NCBI GenBank assembly: GCA_964590575.1
Contig: CAZPWM010000002.1
Location: 20,299-84,298, forward strand
Origin: an uncultured archaeon
GTDB taxonomy: Archaea > Asgardarchaeota > Thorarchaeia > Thorarchaeales > Thorarchaeaceae
Direction of reading: 5' to 3'
DNA: 64,000 nt
This document shows, piece by piece, positions 1 through 9,594 of the stretch. Numbering within the stretch: position 1 is the stretch's first letter; each line of letters opens with the position of its first letter. A model generated the notes under the pieces. That model had not been told where the DNA came from. It worked only from the letters and a program-made list of their open reading frames with translations, and did not search any database. The translations under genes and the position numbers were made by a program.

Positions 1-574
1 CGTAAGGAGTGACATAATGCACTCCCGCGACAGCCATTATTGATTGGTCATCCTCTATAATTCCATAGAATGGTCCAAGGTTCATAGCATTAGGGGTCCA
101 TGCTGGCGTACCACTTAGTCGGTATAGCTCTTTGAGCTGTTCAACATCCTTCATAGAAAGCCTGACCGGCTTTGTCTTGCAATCACATTGAAGTTGCGTT
201 GTTCTGTCAGCAATCATCTGTCTTTCTTCAATTGGTTTCAGAATTACACAAGCTTCGCCAAATTGATCAAGTTGTTCTTTCGTACAGATTGCTATGAACT
301 CTTTTCCAACCAACCTTTCTGAATAATCTTCCATTATTTGTCGTAGTGACTCCACATTCCTGCACCAAAATGCTGTTGCCAAGAAATCCAAATCACTGTA
401 GAGTGAAAACATAGCATCAATTCTGCCATTTTCCACTAATACCCGAACATCGCACCAATCTTTCAGTTGTGTACAATCAGCAATCAACACGATATTGGAT
501 AGTGAATCCTCTGATAGAATACTGAGCACATCATCAATTAGGTCATCTGAGAGTGTTTGGATTTGTGCGACCAT
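1..574 (-). CDS. GNAT-family (FR47-like) acetyltransferase, runs off the window's left edge
   Basis: Not in the ORF track. ATG at 574-572, open frame MVAQIQTLSDDLIDDVL...GPFYGIIEDDQSIMAVAGVHYVTPY; the ending resembles the start of a GNAT domain. Confidence 0.6.
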   Translation of the reverse strand, partial: MVAQIQTLSDDLIDDVLSILSEDSLSNIVLIADCTQLKDWCDVRVLVENGRIDAMFSLYSDLDFLATAFWCRNVESLRQIMEDYSERLVGKEFIAICTKEQLDQFGEACVILKPIEERQMIADRTTQLQCDCKTKPVRLSMKDVEQLKELYRLSGTPAWTPNAMNLGPFYGIIEDDQSIMAVAGVHYVTPY

Positions 575-639
575 AAGTCAATTTAGAACCCTTCTCCTTT
601 TATCAATGGCTATCCAAATAAGAACTACAGGTGTGAATC

Positions 640-1122
640 ATGTGTCTAGAGATTAACCCAATTGGTGTGATTAGAACACCATTCAAATCTAGTGATAAAA
701 TTCCAATCCAATCAAGCAAGTCTGACACAATTGCTGAAGTTGAAGTGTTCCCAGAATTCTCTGAGGGACTTGATTCATTGGATGGATTCTCGCACGTCAT
801 CTTATTGTACTGGTTTCATAAAGTCCGACCTCACAAATTGAAAATCATACCATATCTGGAAACAAAGGAAAGAGGTCTTTTCTCCACGCGCGCACCATCG
901 CGTCCTAATCCTATAGGACTCTCTATTGGCAAGATAATCCAAATCAAAGAGAATATTGTGATATTTAAGGGGGCCGACATGCTGAATGACACTCCACTCA
1001 TCGATATCAAACCCTTTGTTCCTGAGTTTGACAATCGATTAGATGCTACTTCCGGGTGGCTTACTGACTCGTTCTGTTCTGAAAAGCACGATTATCTCGG
1101 TGATGATAGATTTCTAGATTGA
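640..1122 (+). CDS. tsaA: tRNA m6t6A37 methyltransferase TrmO/TsaA (YaeB family)
   Basis: PIGVIRTPF, FSHVILLYWFH, GLFSTRAPSRPNPIGLS and TPLIDIKPF family motifs. Confidence 0.92.
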   Translation: MCLEINPIGVIRTPFKSSDKIPIQSSKSDTIAEVEVFPEFSEGLDSLDGFSHVILLYWFHKVRPHKLKIIPYLETKERGLFSTRAPSRPNPIGLSIGKIIQIKENIVIFKGADMLNDTPLIDIKPFVPEFDNRLDATSGWLTDSFCSEKHDYLGDDRFLD

Positions 1123-1142
1123 GAATCCACAAAAGTTGAATA

Positions 1143-1220
1143 TTACCAATCGTCATCATCATTCCACTCATCGTCATCCCAATCTTCTTCTTCCCATAGA
1201 TCATCATCATCGAAGTGCAT
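1143..1220 (-). CDS. 25-aa acidic Trp-rich micropeptide MHFDDDDLWEEEDWDDDEWNDDDDW
   Basis: Clean ATG..TAA frame; SD-like GGTGA 4 nt upstream (TGGTGAAAGA-ATG); strongly periodic codon pattern. Confidence 0.6.
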   Translation of the reverse strand: MHFDDDDLWEEEDWDDDEWNDDDDW

Positions 1221-1285
1221 TCTTTCACCACAGCAATGTGCCATCAACTAGAATAATGCACAATGGAACTTTAATGGATCTCTGA

Positions 1286-2098
1286 TTAAAACACATCCAA
1301 ATCATGCCCCGACACGACTTCTCCATTATATTGTTCTGACACTTCTGATATCAGGTCCTCTTCTGTTTGCCCCCATAGAAGTTGGTGATACATCACTAGC
1401 AATCCCGGCTTAACCAGATTGGCTATCTCGGCTAATTCATGTGATGATGTATGAACTGTTGAATGGTACTTCTGCCAACCTTCTGGCCGACTCTCTAGTC
1501 CAACCGCAGAATACACCTCATGAATCAGAACGTCACAGCCCTTCGCAATATCAACAAGATTCTGAGTAGGACTTGTATCTCCTGAAATTACAACTGTTCT
1601 ATCGGGAGCTTCAAACTTGTATCCATATGATTCCAATGAACCATGATCGACTTGGAATGCCTCAATCTCAATGAAATCGTCCTGGTAGATATGCCCCTCG
1701 GATATCTCATGTGTATTCACAATATATGAAAATCTCTCAGCGGGTTCTAAGCCAAGAACACGTTCATTGATATCCACCTCATAAGCAGCCATGATGTGTC
1801 TAGTCATGTCAGTGAGACCCTTTGGCCCATACACTTCCAAAGGCTCAGTCCTTCCAGCAACCCCTGGAGTGAAGATGAGGTCTGGGTATCCGATAGTATG
1901 GTCTGAGTGTAGATGTGTTAGAAATGCTCTGGTGAGCTTAGTCACTTGGATGCCTGCTTTTGCTGCTCTTCTTACCACACCAGTTCCGAAATCTATGATG
2001 TACACAGACTCGTCAACTGTTATTGCCACCGAGGGTCCGGACTTGTCTACCTCTGGATTTGGAGTTCCAGTCCCCAAGAGAATGACTTTACTCACCAA
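1286..2098 (-). CDS. MBL-fold metallohydrolase (RNase Z/AtsA-like)
   Basis: LLGTGTP, THLHSDH, ISGDT, DVLIHE and HTS motifs. Confidence 0.88.
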   Translation of the reverse strand: MVSKVILLGTGTPNPEVDKSGPSVAITVDESVYIIDFGTGVVRRAAKAGIQVTKLTRAFLTHLHSDHTIGYPDLIFTPGVAGRTEPLEVYGPKGLTDMTRHIMAAYEVDINERVLGLEPAERFSYIVNTHEISEGHIYQDDFIEIEAFQVDHGSLESYGYKFEAPDRTVVISGDTSPTQNLVDIAKGCDVLIHEVYSAVGLESRPEGWQKYHSTVHTSSHELAEIANLVKPGLLVMYHQLLWGQTEEDLISEVSEQYNGEVVSGHDLDVF

Positions 2099-2132
2099 TT
2101 ACACAACCTCCTAGTACAGGGCTGCAGTTGGA

Positions 2133-2573
2133 TTATTGTTCCTCGTGTTTTACTAAGTTATCCAAAACTCGCTGAAGATACGTTTCAAACTGGTCCATCT
2201 CTTCAGGTTGAAAGCCTCTGTAGAAGATATTGGTCATCTTCTTTGAAACCTCAATGTATACGTTCAGCATTTGTCTAGTCTTCTCAGTCAACTCAATCAG
2301 AACCTTACGACGGTCCTCCTCTGATTGTACACGTCTAACAAGTCTGGCACTCTCAAGACTGTCTAACAGCTCACTCAGCGTTGATTTTCGAAGAAGTGTC
2401 TTCTTGATTAGTTTGTTTATTGGCACTCCATCCTCTTGCCAAAGTGCAAACAGGATTCTCCCCTGTCCTGGACCGATGTCGAGACCGCGCTCCTTCAATA
2501 GTTCTGAGAAGACTCTCCTTCCAAGATGATGAATCTGCGTTACTAGAAAACCGCCTGATCTCTGAGACATCAT
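2133..2573 (-). CDS. MarR-family transcriptional regulator
   Basis: wHTH with wing motif LVRRVQSEEDRRKVLIELT. Confidence 0.9.
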   Translation of the reverse strand: MMSQRSGGFLVTQIHHLGRRVFSELLKERGLDIGPGQGRILFALWQEDGVPINKLIKKTLLRKSTLSELLDSLESARLVRRVQSEEDRRKVLIELTEKTRQMLNVYIEVSKKMTNIFYRGFQPEEMDQFETYLQRVLDNLVKHEEQ

Positions 2574-3058
2574 TGTACATCACCTAGTTCTAGTTTGAAT
2601 GTACTACTACCAGTCCAGCCCCTAGCTACCTTTGGTATGATTTTCAATACGGTATGGTCAGGGTCATCGTACCCCTTGGGGTAGTATCTTTCCCACCCCT
2701 CATGCCACATTTTCTTCTTCAGGTCCGAATCTTCAACAACCTCAATCTCTCCTCCAAACATAACCCCTTGCCAGTCATCAGGATTACAGTAGTAGACCGA
2801 GGTTTTGGGTCTTAATCTAATATCCTCGATTTTTGTAGAGCTTGTATTGGTCGTAAAAATAATCAAGAAATCGTCCTTGTGCTCATCGAAAATCGATGTC
2901 AGTTTTGGGAATCGTTCCTTGTTTCGAAGATTGAACATCGCCCGGGTCTGAGGATATCCTTTCTCATCAACCGTTGTTAGATATGCTGGCCAGCCTGTAT
3001 CCAACAGGTTCAGACACATCTCTCTGATATCTTTCTCATCCAACGGAAACAGCCTCAA
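2570..3058 (-). CDS. Pyridoxamine 5'-phosphate oxidase-like FMN-binding protein (general stress protein 26 type)
   Basis: AYLTTVDEKGYPQTRAM, FTTNTSSTK, YYPKGYDDPDH; 4-nt overlap with the marR gene. Confidence 0.85.
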   Translation of the reverse strand: MRLFPLDEKDIREMCLNLLDTGWPAYLTTVDEKGYPQTRAMFNLRNKERFPKLTSIFDEHKDDFLIIFTTNTSSTKIEDIRLRPKTSVYYCNPDDWQGVMFGGEIEVVEDSDLKKKMWHEGWERYYPKGYDDPDHTVLKIIPKVARGWTGSSTFKLELGDVQ

Positions 3059-3094
3059 CTAGTTCGGAACCTAATCAACTAGTTCGGAACCTAA
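3055..3094. promoter_or_regulatory. Perfect 2 x 20-bp tandem repeat (TCAACTAGTTCGGAACCTAA), putative MarR operator pair
   Basis: Copies at 3055-3074 and 3075-3094, each with the dyad GTTC-G-GAAC; lies between a minus-strand BRE/TATA (AAAAGCTATATT, about 3097-3108) and the TTG start. Confidence 0.65.
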
Positions 3095-3184
3095 CTAATA
3101 TAGCTTTTGGTCAATGAAATCTGCCGCCTTATATACAATACAAGAGCGATATTTTACCATCATCTTATATACTAACTAAGAAAG

Positions 3185-3499
3185 GTGCGTTTTATGACCG
3201 AATTTAGATATGAAGAAACAAAACAATTAGCAAAGCAAGTTCTTACTGAACTGGACCTTCCGGAGCAGACCTACACAAGATGTCTGGCTATCTTGGATGA
3301 TCGCAGAACAAAGGATATCCTAACGGAGCAAAATGCAGACGGAATCATCGCTGGAGCAATCTATATTGCTGGTATTCTGACCGACTATCGACTCACCCAA
3401 CAATCATTGGCTGATGTGATGGACATCTCCAAAGCTACTATCGGCAAGTACTATGCAATGCTTGTTAAAGTGTTAGAAATCAAGAAGAAAAAGAACTAG
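3185..3499 (+). CDS. Single cyclin-fold TFB/TFIIB repeat protein
   Basis: GIIAGAIYIAG...LTQQSLADVMDISKATIGKYY resembles the TFB C-terminal repeat with its BRE-binding HTH; no zinc ribbon. Confidence 0.75.
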   Translation: MRFMTEFRYEETKQLAKQVLTELDLPEQTYTRCLAILDDRRTKDILTEQNADGIIAGAIYIAGILTDYRLTQQSLADVMDISKATIGKYYAMLVKVLEIKKKKN

Positions 3500-3699
3500 G
3501 TGTCCTTCTCTTCGTTTCTCTGGTAAAAGTTGTCTAGTATACGGACGTCTTCGAATTCGTTGCTCATGTCTATCTAGGCCTCGTCCAAGTAGATTGTAGT
3601 ATGAAAGTGGCCCCGAGATCATTTCGAACTACTATTCATATATAATTAATCTCTAATATAATGATAATTTATTGAATTTAAGATTACAAAAAGAGGGGT

Positions 3700-3725
3700 G
3701 AGGAAGCAGACTAGTCTGCTTCCTC
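3700..3725 (-). terminator. Perfect 26-bp palindrome GAGGAAGCAGACTAGTCTGCTTCCTC followed by a T-tract on the minus strand
   Basis: 13 nt downstream of the stop codon of 3739..4686. Confidence 0.65.
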
Positions 3726-3738
3726 TGATGGTGTACTA

Positions 3739-4686
3739 CTAACGTTTCCTGAGCAGTACAACTGCCAGGATTACTATGACTGCGGCTCCAGCCACTATTC
3801 CAAGAGTCATCGGATCAAGCACAAGACCTGATTCGGAGGGAAGAATACCAAGAATTGGGTCATACTCAAGAGTTTCATTACCGAAGTTCTCGAAGGAGAG
3901 AAAGATAGCATTACCTGAATAGTCTCCTGAGGGTTCACCATAGCTGGCTTTCACCTGCAGACTGTTGTTTGCTGCAAGAGCTGTTTCATTATACTCAAAG
4001 TACCCGTTCTCAAACTGGAACTTTGTACCATCTCGCTGGAATCCGGATGGGTCCGTATCACCTTGATTCTGTCCATGGGCACTCTCAGTCACTGTGAACA
4101 TGAGAACAAGGAGAGAATCCTCGTAGGTCCAGCTCCAACCTTCAACAATAAGATCGAACTTGAACTCACCCGGTCTTTCAAGATACATGTGCACATTGAC
4201 ACTCACATTCACATCGAAGGCTGGTAGACTGGGTAGGTTACCATAGTCCATCCCTGTGCCTTCTGGACGGGGATCAAAGGTTGCTTCTGTGGTGAAGTTG
4301 AAATGCACTTCGGTAGTGTTTCCATCATCTTCCACAGTTTCAAAACCACTGAAGTCCCACCCTGCTGTAGGAAGTGCGAATGGAGCACCAATCATTGTGT
4401 CAACGCCATTGTCGTAGACATCATTTGCGTTGGTGTCATTAGCCTCAAACATTCTGGCAAACATGACATGATAGTCTATAGTTGGAGTGTTAGGGTCCCA
4501 CCAGTGAAAGTGTGGGGCTTGATCGTTTCCTGTGACCTTGATAGCAATATCATCTGTTTCTAGTGATACGATACCAGCGGAGTGTTGGTATAGAATTCCT
4601 GTGCCCTGCGCGGCAGCAAGCGGCACTCCCATCCCAATTATCATGAGAGCAAAGAGTGCAATTGATGTTTTTTTGTATGTGTTCAT
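3739..4686 (-). CDS. Secreted, C-terminally membrane-anchored surface glycoprotein (beta-rich)
   Basis: Signal peptide, several N-x-S/T sequons, C-terminal TM helix followed by RKR. Confidence 0.8.
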   Translation of the reverse strand: MNTYKKTSIALFALMIIGMGVPLAAAQGTGILYQHSAGIVSLETDDIAIKVTGNDQAPHFHWWDPNTPTIDYHVMFARMFEANDTNANDVYDNGVDTMIGAPFALPTAGWDFSGFETVEDDGNTTEVHFNFTTEATFDPRPEGTGMDYGNLPSLPAFDVNVSVNVHMYLERPGEFKFDLIVEGWSWTYEDSLLVLMFTVTESAHGQNQGDTDPSGFQRDGTKFQFENGYFEYNETALAANNSLQVKASYGEPSGDYSGNAIFLSFENFGNETLEYDPILGILPSESGLVLDPMTLGIVAGAAVIVILAVVLLRKR

Positions 4687-4829
4687 TAAATCACCAAGAT
4701 AATCCGTGAATTATTACTATTAAAGGAGTGTTGAACAGCAAGGGTTCGACCTCATACGTAAAAGGCCTATAAATCCATAATATCACGTTTAAAGGTTTAT
4801 GAACACTTAAAATCCTTTGATGGACTCAA

Positions 4830-6833
4830 TCACTTACCAAGTAACCCTCGCGCCTTTTCGAGGACATTCTCCACAGTGAATCCATAGGCTTTGAAGACTG
4901 CCTCCGAGGGTGCAGATTTCCCGAATTTGTCTACTGCAATGATGTCGCCTATATCACCCACCCATTTCTTCCAACCCTGAGAAACTCCTGCCTCCACAAC
5001 AAGACGAGTTTTAACATTGGGGAGAAGCACAGAATCACGATACTCTTGGCTCTGACTCTCAAACAATTCCCAGCTTGGGAATGAAACAAGCCGTACACTA
5101 ATTCCTTCTGCATGCAATTTCTCTCCAGCTTCCACAATCAATGAAACCTCAGAACCAGTAGCCATCAGAATAATCTCTGGCTTCTCTCCGAGATCCGCAA
5201 GCACGTATGCACCTTTCCGTAGACCAGATGCAGGAGTAAATTTACTCCGGTCCAAGATAGGAATATTTTGTCTTGTGAGTGCCATGAGAGTTGGACCATG
5301 AATTCGTTCTATAGCAATCTTCCATGCTTCGACCACCTCATTTGCATCTCCTGGTCTTATCACAACAAGTTCTGGAATAGCTCTCAATGATGCTATCTGT
5401 TCTACTGGTTGATGAGTAGGGCCATCTTCTCCAACACCGATGCTATCGTGTGTAAAGACCCAGATGCTTCTATATTTAGAAAGTGCTGACAAACGGATTG
5501 CAGGACGCATATAATCCGAGAATATGAGAAATGTCCCGCAGAATGGAATCAATCCCCCATGAGCTGCCATTCCATTCACGGTCGCACTCATTGCATGCTC
5601 GCGCACACCATAGTGAATATTTCGTCCAGTAGGTGAATCCGCTTGGAATGAGGGGCTATCATTAATCCATGTTTTGTTTGATGGAGTCAGATCGGCAGAA
5701 CCGCCAATCATCTCTGGCAATTTGAGGGCGAGAGCGTTGATGACTTTTCCAGAAGCACCTCGTGTTGCGAGAGGGCCTTCCTTTGCACTAAAACTTGGTA
5801 ATTCACTGTCCCATCCCTCCGCGAGTTCACCTTTCATTCTTCGTTCTAGTTCAGCTGCTAGTTCGGGATACGACTTCTTGTATGCATCAAATTGCTTGTT
5901 CCACTCATTCTCTTTTTCAGCTCCGCCTTTCCCTATCTTGTGATAATAATCTAGAACATCATCAGGGACATAGAACATTGGTTCTTGAGGCCAACCAAGT
6001 TTCTTCTTGGCACCTGCTAGTTCTTCTTCACCTGCAGGTTCACCATGTGCTTTTGCAGTGTCCTGTTTGTTGGGCATACCGTACCCAATATGTGTCCTAC
6101 AGAGAATCAGCGATGGTCGAGGATCCTTCTTAGCGTTCTCGATGGCTTTGTCTACCGCATCTACATCATTCCCATCATTGATATGTTGAATGTGCCATCC
6201 AAACGCTTCGAAACGTGCTCCTCTATCTTCAGAGAATGTCAGATTCGTACTTCCATCAATTGAGATGAGATTGTCATCATATAGGAGTATTAACTTACCA
6301 AGACGAAGGTGTCCAGCAAGAGAAGCCGCCTCAGAAGAGAGCCCCTCCATCAGATCTCCATCTGTAACAATGGCATAGATATAGTGGTCCACTATCTTGT
6401 GGTCTGGTCTGTTGAAAATAGCTGCTAAATGAGCCTCTGCTATCGCCATACCTACTGAGTTTGCAAGACCTTGCCCAAGTGGTCCTGTGGTGACTTCAAC
6501 TCCGGGAGTGCAGAAGTTCTCAGGATGACCTGGAGTCTTGCTGCCTAATTGCCTGAACTCCATAATATCTTCCTTACTGATTTTGTAACCAGTCAGATAC
6601 AATAAGGAATAGAGCAGCATTGATCCATGACCACCAGAGAGGATGAAACGATCTCGGTCCCACCAGTCTGGATTCTTTGGGTTAAAGCGAAGATGTCGAG
6701 TCCATAGGGTATATGCCAGTGCAGCTGCGCCCATTGGCATTCCTGGATGCCCTGAATTTGCACGTTGAACAGCATCTGCAGACAAGAAACGAATAGTATT
6801 GATTGAACGATTTTCAAGAGTTGCATCAGGCAT
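4830..6833 (-). CDS. tkt: Transketolase (single-chain, bacterial type)
   Basis: [43 protein letters not shown]. Confidence 0.97.
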   Translation of the reverse strand: MPDATLENRSINTIRFLSADAVQRANSGHPGMPMGAAALAYTLWTRHLRFNPKNPDWWDRDRFILSGGHGSMLLYSLLYLTGYKISKEDIMEFRQLGSKTPGHPENFCTPGVEVTTGPLGQGLANSVGMAIAEAHLAAIFNRPDHKIVDHYIYAIVTDGDLMEGLSSEAASLAGHLRLGKLILLYDDNLISIDGSTNLTFSEDRGARFEAFGWHIQHINDGNDVDAVDKAIENAKKDPRPSLILCRTHIGYGMPNKQDTAKAHGEPAGEEELAGAKKKLGWPQEPMFYVPDDVLDYYHKIGKGGAEKENEWNKQFDAYKKSYPELAAELERRMKGELAEGWDSELPSFSAKEGPLATRGASGKVINALALKLPEMIGGSADLTPSNKTWINDSPSFQADSPTGRNIHYGVREHAMSATVNGMAAHGGLIPFCGTFLIFSDYMRPAIRLSALSKYRSIWVFTHDSIGVGEDGPTHQPVEQIASLRAIPELVVIRPGDANEVVEAWKIAIERIHGPTLMALTRQNIPILDRSKFTPASGLRKGAYVLADLGEKPEIILMATGSEVSLIVEAGEKLHAEGISVRLVSFPSWELFESQSQEYRDSVLLPNVKTRLVVEAGVSQGWKKWVGDIGDIIAVDKFGKSAPSEAVFKAYGFTVENVLEKARGLLGK

Positions 6834-6924
6834 CAGGTCTGTCTCCTTGTACGATTCTGGATATAATTAGGCGACTTAACGTTTCGACTTCTTATTGATT
6901 GTTGTGCTTCACTCGTAGATTAAC

Positions 6925-7494
6925 TCAAGGTTTACCAACTTCAGTTCCAGGAGGATACTCTTTGAGAAACTCTTCTTTGAGTATGTCCATCATAATAAAG
7001 TCTTGAAACGCACCTTTTACGAAAGCCGCCTGACGATGAACTCCTACATTCTTGAAACCCGCCTTCTCATAGGCCCGTTGTCCACGCTCATTGATATCTA
7101 GTGTAATGAGAAAGACACTATTGAGCCCTAGAATATGGAACGCAATCCAGAGCATCACACGAGTTGAGTCTGTACCATAACCTTTCCCAAGATTCTCTGG
7201 ATTGTGAATCGCAATTCCCAACTCAGCTCGTTTGTGTTGCTTGGAGATATTGAAGAGACTCACTGTTCCAAGAAACTCACCAGTTTTCTTTTCCTCAATA
7301 GCCAGTGTCATTCCACCATCTCGCCAAGGATCCATCGTAGTAGCGCGCTCCAACCACTGGCGTTCTGCTTGTTTGGACATAGGTATCTGGTGGTTCAAAT
7401 ACTGTCGCAACTCGAGGTTGTTCCAGTGTTTCAAAATGTCTTCAAGATCATCCATCTCAAGTGCCCTTAGACGGACCTTCTCACCATAATACAT
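6925..7494 (-). CDS. GNAT acetyltransferase, RimJ/RimL family
   Basis: VRLRALE, RAELGIAI, GKGYGT, AYEKAGF. Confidence 0.9.
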   Translation of the reverse strand: MYYGEKVRLRALEMDDLEDILKHWNNLELRQYLNHQIPMSKQAERQWLERATTMDPWRDGGMTLAIEEKKTGEFLGTVSLFNISKQHKRAELGIAIHNPENLGKGYGTDSTRVMLWIAFHILGLNSVFLITLDINERGQRAYEKAGFKNVGVHRQAAFVKGAFQDFIMMDILKEEFLKEYPPGTEVGKP

Positions 7495-7584
7495 GGTCTT
7501 TACCTAGAAGAGGTTGAAAATAAAGATGTCCCATAAACAGCACTGTTCGATACACTCTTTACACATCAAACCAAAAGATGAAAA

Positions 7585-8202
7585 ATGGAGGTCCAATTCG
7601 TGAGTCCTCGGAAAGAATTTTTTCATGAGCCACTTGTCAGGGTTGATTTTCTGAAGGCACGTTTTCCCAAGACCTGTCCAGTCTGTGGAGCTCCTGCAAC
7701 TAAAGTTGTCCGTATGAAAATCGTCAAGGATGGGAAACAAGATCTACGACGCTCATGGGGGTATACTTACGGTCCTTACGTACGACATAGATATGACCAA
7801 CAACTTTCTGAGATTAAAGTACTCCCAATTCAAGTTTGCGAGGACCATGCCAATCCAGATGATGGTACTGATAGATACCAATCTCTGTGCCTGATTTTAG
7901 ATGGACTTCTCATGGCTTTTGTAGTCTTTAGTCTACTAATTATCGGTGATAGACTCGCAAGAGCTCGTCCAATCTCTTTCTGGCCTTTTTTCTTCATAGG
8001 TTTCTTCGGTTTCGCTTTGCTACTATCGAAAGTCGCATTTAGCCCAAATGTACTGGAAAAGGCAGTGCGTATAATCGGATTTGATCCCGGAATGCAGAAT
8101 GTATTGCTTGCTTTCAAACGGTCAGATTATCGGGACCAATTCTTGAATGAAAACCAGATGACTGCAGAATTAGTCACTTGGATTCTACGAACAGATAATT
8201 AG
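7585..8202 (+). CDS. Hypothetical membrane protein with CPVC...CxxH zinc site and 2 TM helices
   Basis: CPVCG, VCEDH and two hydrophobic segments. Confidence 0.7.
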   Translation: MEVQFVSPRKEFFHEPLVRVDFLKARFPKTCPVCGAPATKVVRMKIVKDGKQDLRRSWGYTYGPYVRHRYDQQLSEIKVLPIQVCEDHANPDDGTDRYQSLCLILDGLLMAFVVFSLLIIGDRLARARPISFWPFFFIGFFGFALLLSKVAFSPNVLEKAVRIIGFDPGMQNVLLAFKRSDYRDQFLNENQMTAELVTWILRTDN

Positions 8203-8230
8203 GAGAAATTGCAGCAGAGGAAAAATCAGC

Positions 8231-8268
8231 ATGAAGTGCTTACTTTACTTCCATCATAAGCACTTCAT
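8231..8268. terminator. 12-bp perfect hairpin between convergent genes
   Basis: ATGAAGTGCTTA (8231-8242) / TAAGCACTTCAT (8257-8268). Confidence 0.55.
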
Positions 8269-8341
8269 CGAGTGTGTGGTAACGTCGTTTTGAATTGTCG
8301 TTGAGTGAACTGAACAATTCAATCTAATTCGTCAATGAACT

Positions 8342-8722
8342 TTAGAGCTTTAGTTCAGCTTCACTCTTCCAGAGACCGTGAATATTACAATAGGATGTTG
8401 CCATCAAGGTACCTGGTTTACCGGTCTTGAAGACAAAATTGGCAACAGGTTCGCTATAGATTCCATTAGTATCAGGACCTTTTGCACTTTCTCCGTGGTG
8501 ATCAAAAGTTGCGTATCCGATCTCGCAAGGAAAGTTCTCTCCCTCTGGCCAGAAGAAAAGATCCAACCATTTTATGTGGTGATTTGTTGTGTTAGGATGT
8601 GCAATCTCCTTGCCAACAGAAACCATGACAGTGACTTTTCCATCTTCGACCTTCTTAATCTCAATCACAGGAACGTGTTTCTCGCTTTTCCAATCAGCAG
8701 TCTGTATCCATTTCTTTGACAT
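8342..8722 (-). CDS. sor: Neelaredoxin-type (1Fe) superoxide reductase
   Basis: EKHVP, HPNTTNHHIKW and SYCNIHGLW iron ligands. Confidence 0.93.
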   Translation of the reverse strand: MSKKWIQTADWKSEKHVPVIEIKKVEDGKVTVMVSVGKEIAHPNTTNHHIKWLDLFFWPEGENFPCEIGYATFDHHGESAKGPDTNGIYSEPVANFVFKTGKPGTLMATSYCNIHGLWKSEAELKL

Positions 8723-8919
8723 TGTTCCCTACCTCAATACTGATAGTGCAACAGCTGATTATTCAGACTGCGCACACTAGTTCTTATGTTTAGTCTGTTA
8801 AAAAAGTGTGGTTAAGACCGTTAACGGCTCACCACTAGTGTTACTCCACTCATAAGCTCAAGGTTATATACGTCCTCTTTTATCGGACAGGTGTTGGTAC
8901 CGTGGAAGGTGTCTAAAAG

Positions 8920-9462
8920 ATGGAGATGGAGTATTTTCACCCATCAGGTAAGAATTCTGCAATCAATATAGCTCTGCTTGCCATAATGACTGCACTTGTA
9001 ACAATTATGACTCTTGTTATCCAGATTCCATATCCCGGAACAAGTGGTTACTTCAACTTTGGAGATACCATGGTGATGCTAGCTGGTCTTCTCCTCGGAC
9101 CCGTTGGTGGTTTCTTTGCTGGTGGAATTGGGTCCGCGCTTGCCGATATGATTAGTGGCTACACGTTCTATGCACCAATCACCCTCATTGTCAAGGGTTT
9201 CGAAGGTATGGCTATTGGCGTTTTTAGCTTTAAAGTTAAGAAACAAGTCTGGCTTAGTAAATGGGACATTGTTGGTGTTCTAGTTGCAGCATTTATCATG
9301 TTGACCGGATACTTTGTTGCACAGGTCATTCTTTTTGGGGTAGCAGTCGCTATTGGAGAGCTTGTAACTGTAAACCTAGCTCAGGTTGCTATCGGTGGTG
9401 CAGTAGCTCTCTTGATTGGTCCACCCATCAGATCCTACCTCCGTACTGTGAACCCTCAATAA
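8920..9462 (+). CDS. ECF transporter S component
   Basis: IPYPGTSGYFNFGD, GIGSALAD, APITLIVKGFEG. Confidence 0.9.
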   Translation: MEMEYFHPSGKNSAINIALLAIMTALVTIMTLVIQIPYPGTSGYFNFGDTMVMLAGLLLGPVGGFFAGGIGSALADMISGYTFYAPITLIVKGFEGMAIGVFSFKVKKQVWLSKWDIVGVLVAAFIMLTGYFVAQVILFGVAVAIGELVTVNLAQVAIGGAVALLIGPPIRSYLRTVNPQ

Positions 9463-9594
9463 CTCGCGCTTCTAGAGGAATATGTCAATAAGCCTATAGA
9501 AGTGTAGAGGAATTTTAATGTCGGAATCGTTTTTTAGGATGTAAAATCCTCCGAACCTGTGGTCGTTTAGGCCATATTTAATTGCTTAAATAAA

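Noticed and set aside
8231-8268. SECIS-like element or selenoprotein readthrough
   Set aside because: Perfect stem without a GA quartet, and no neighbouring gene shows an in-frame TGA at a Cys position
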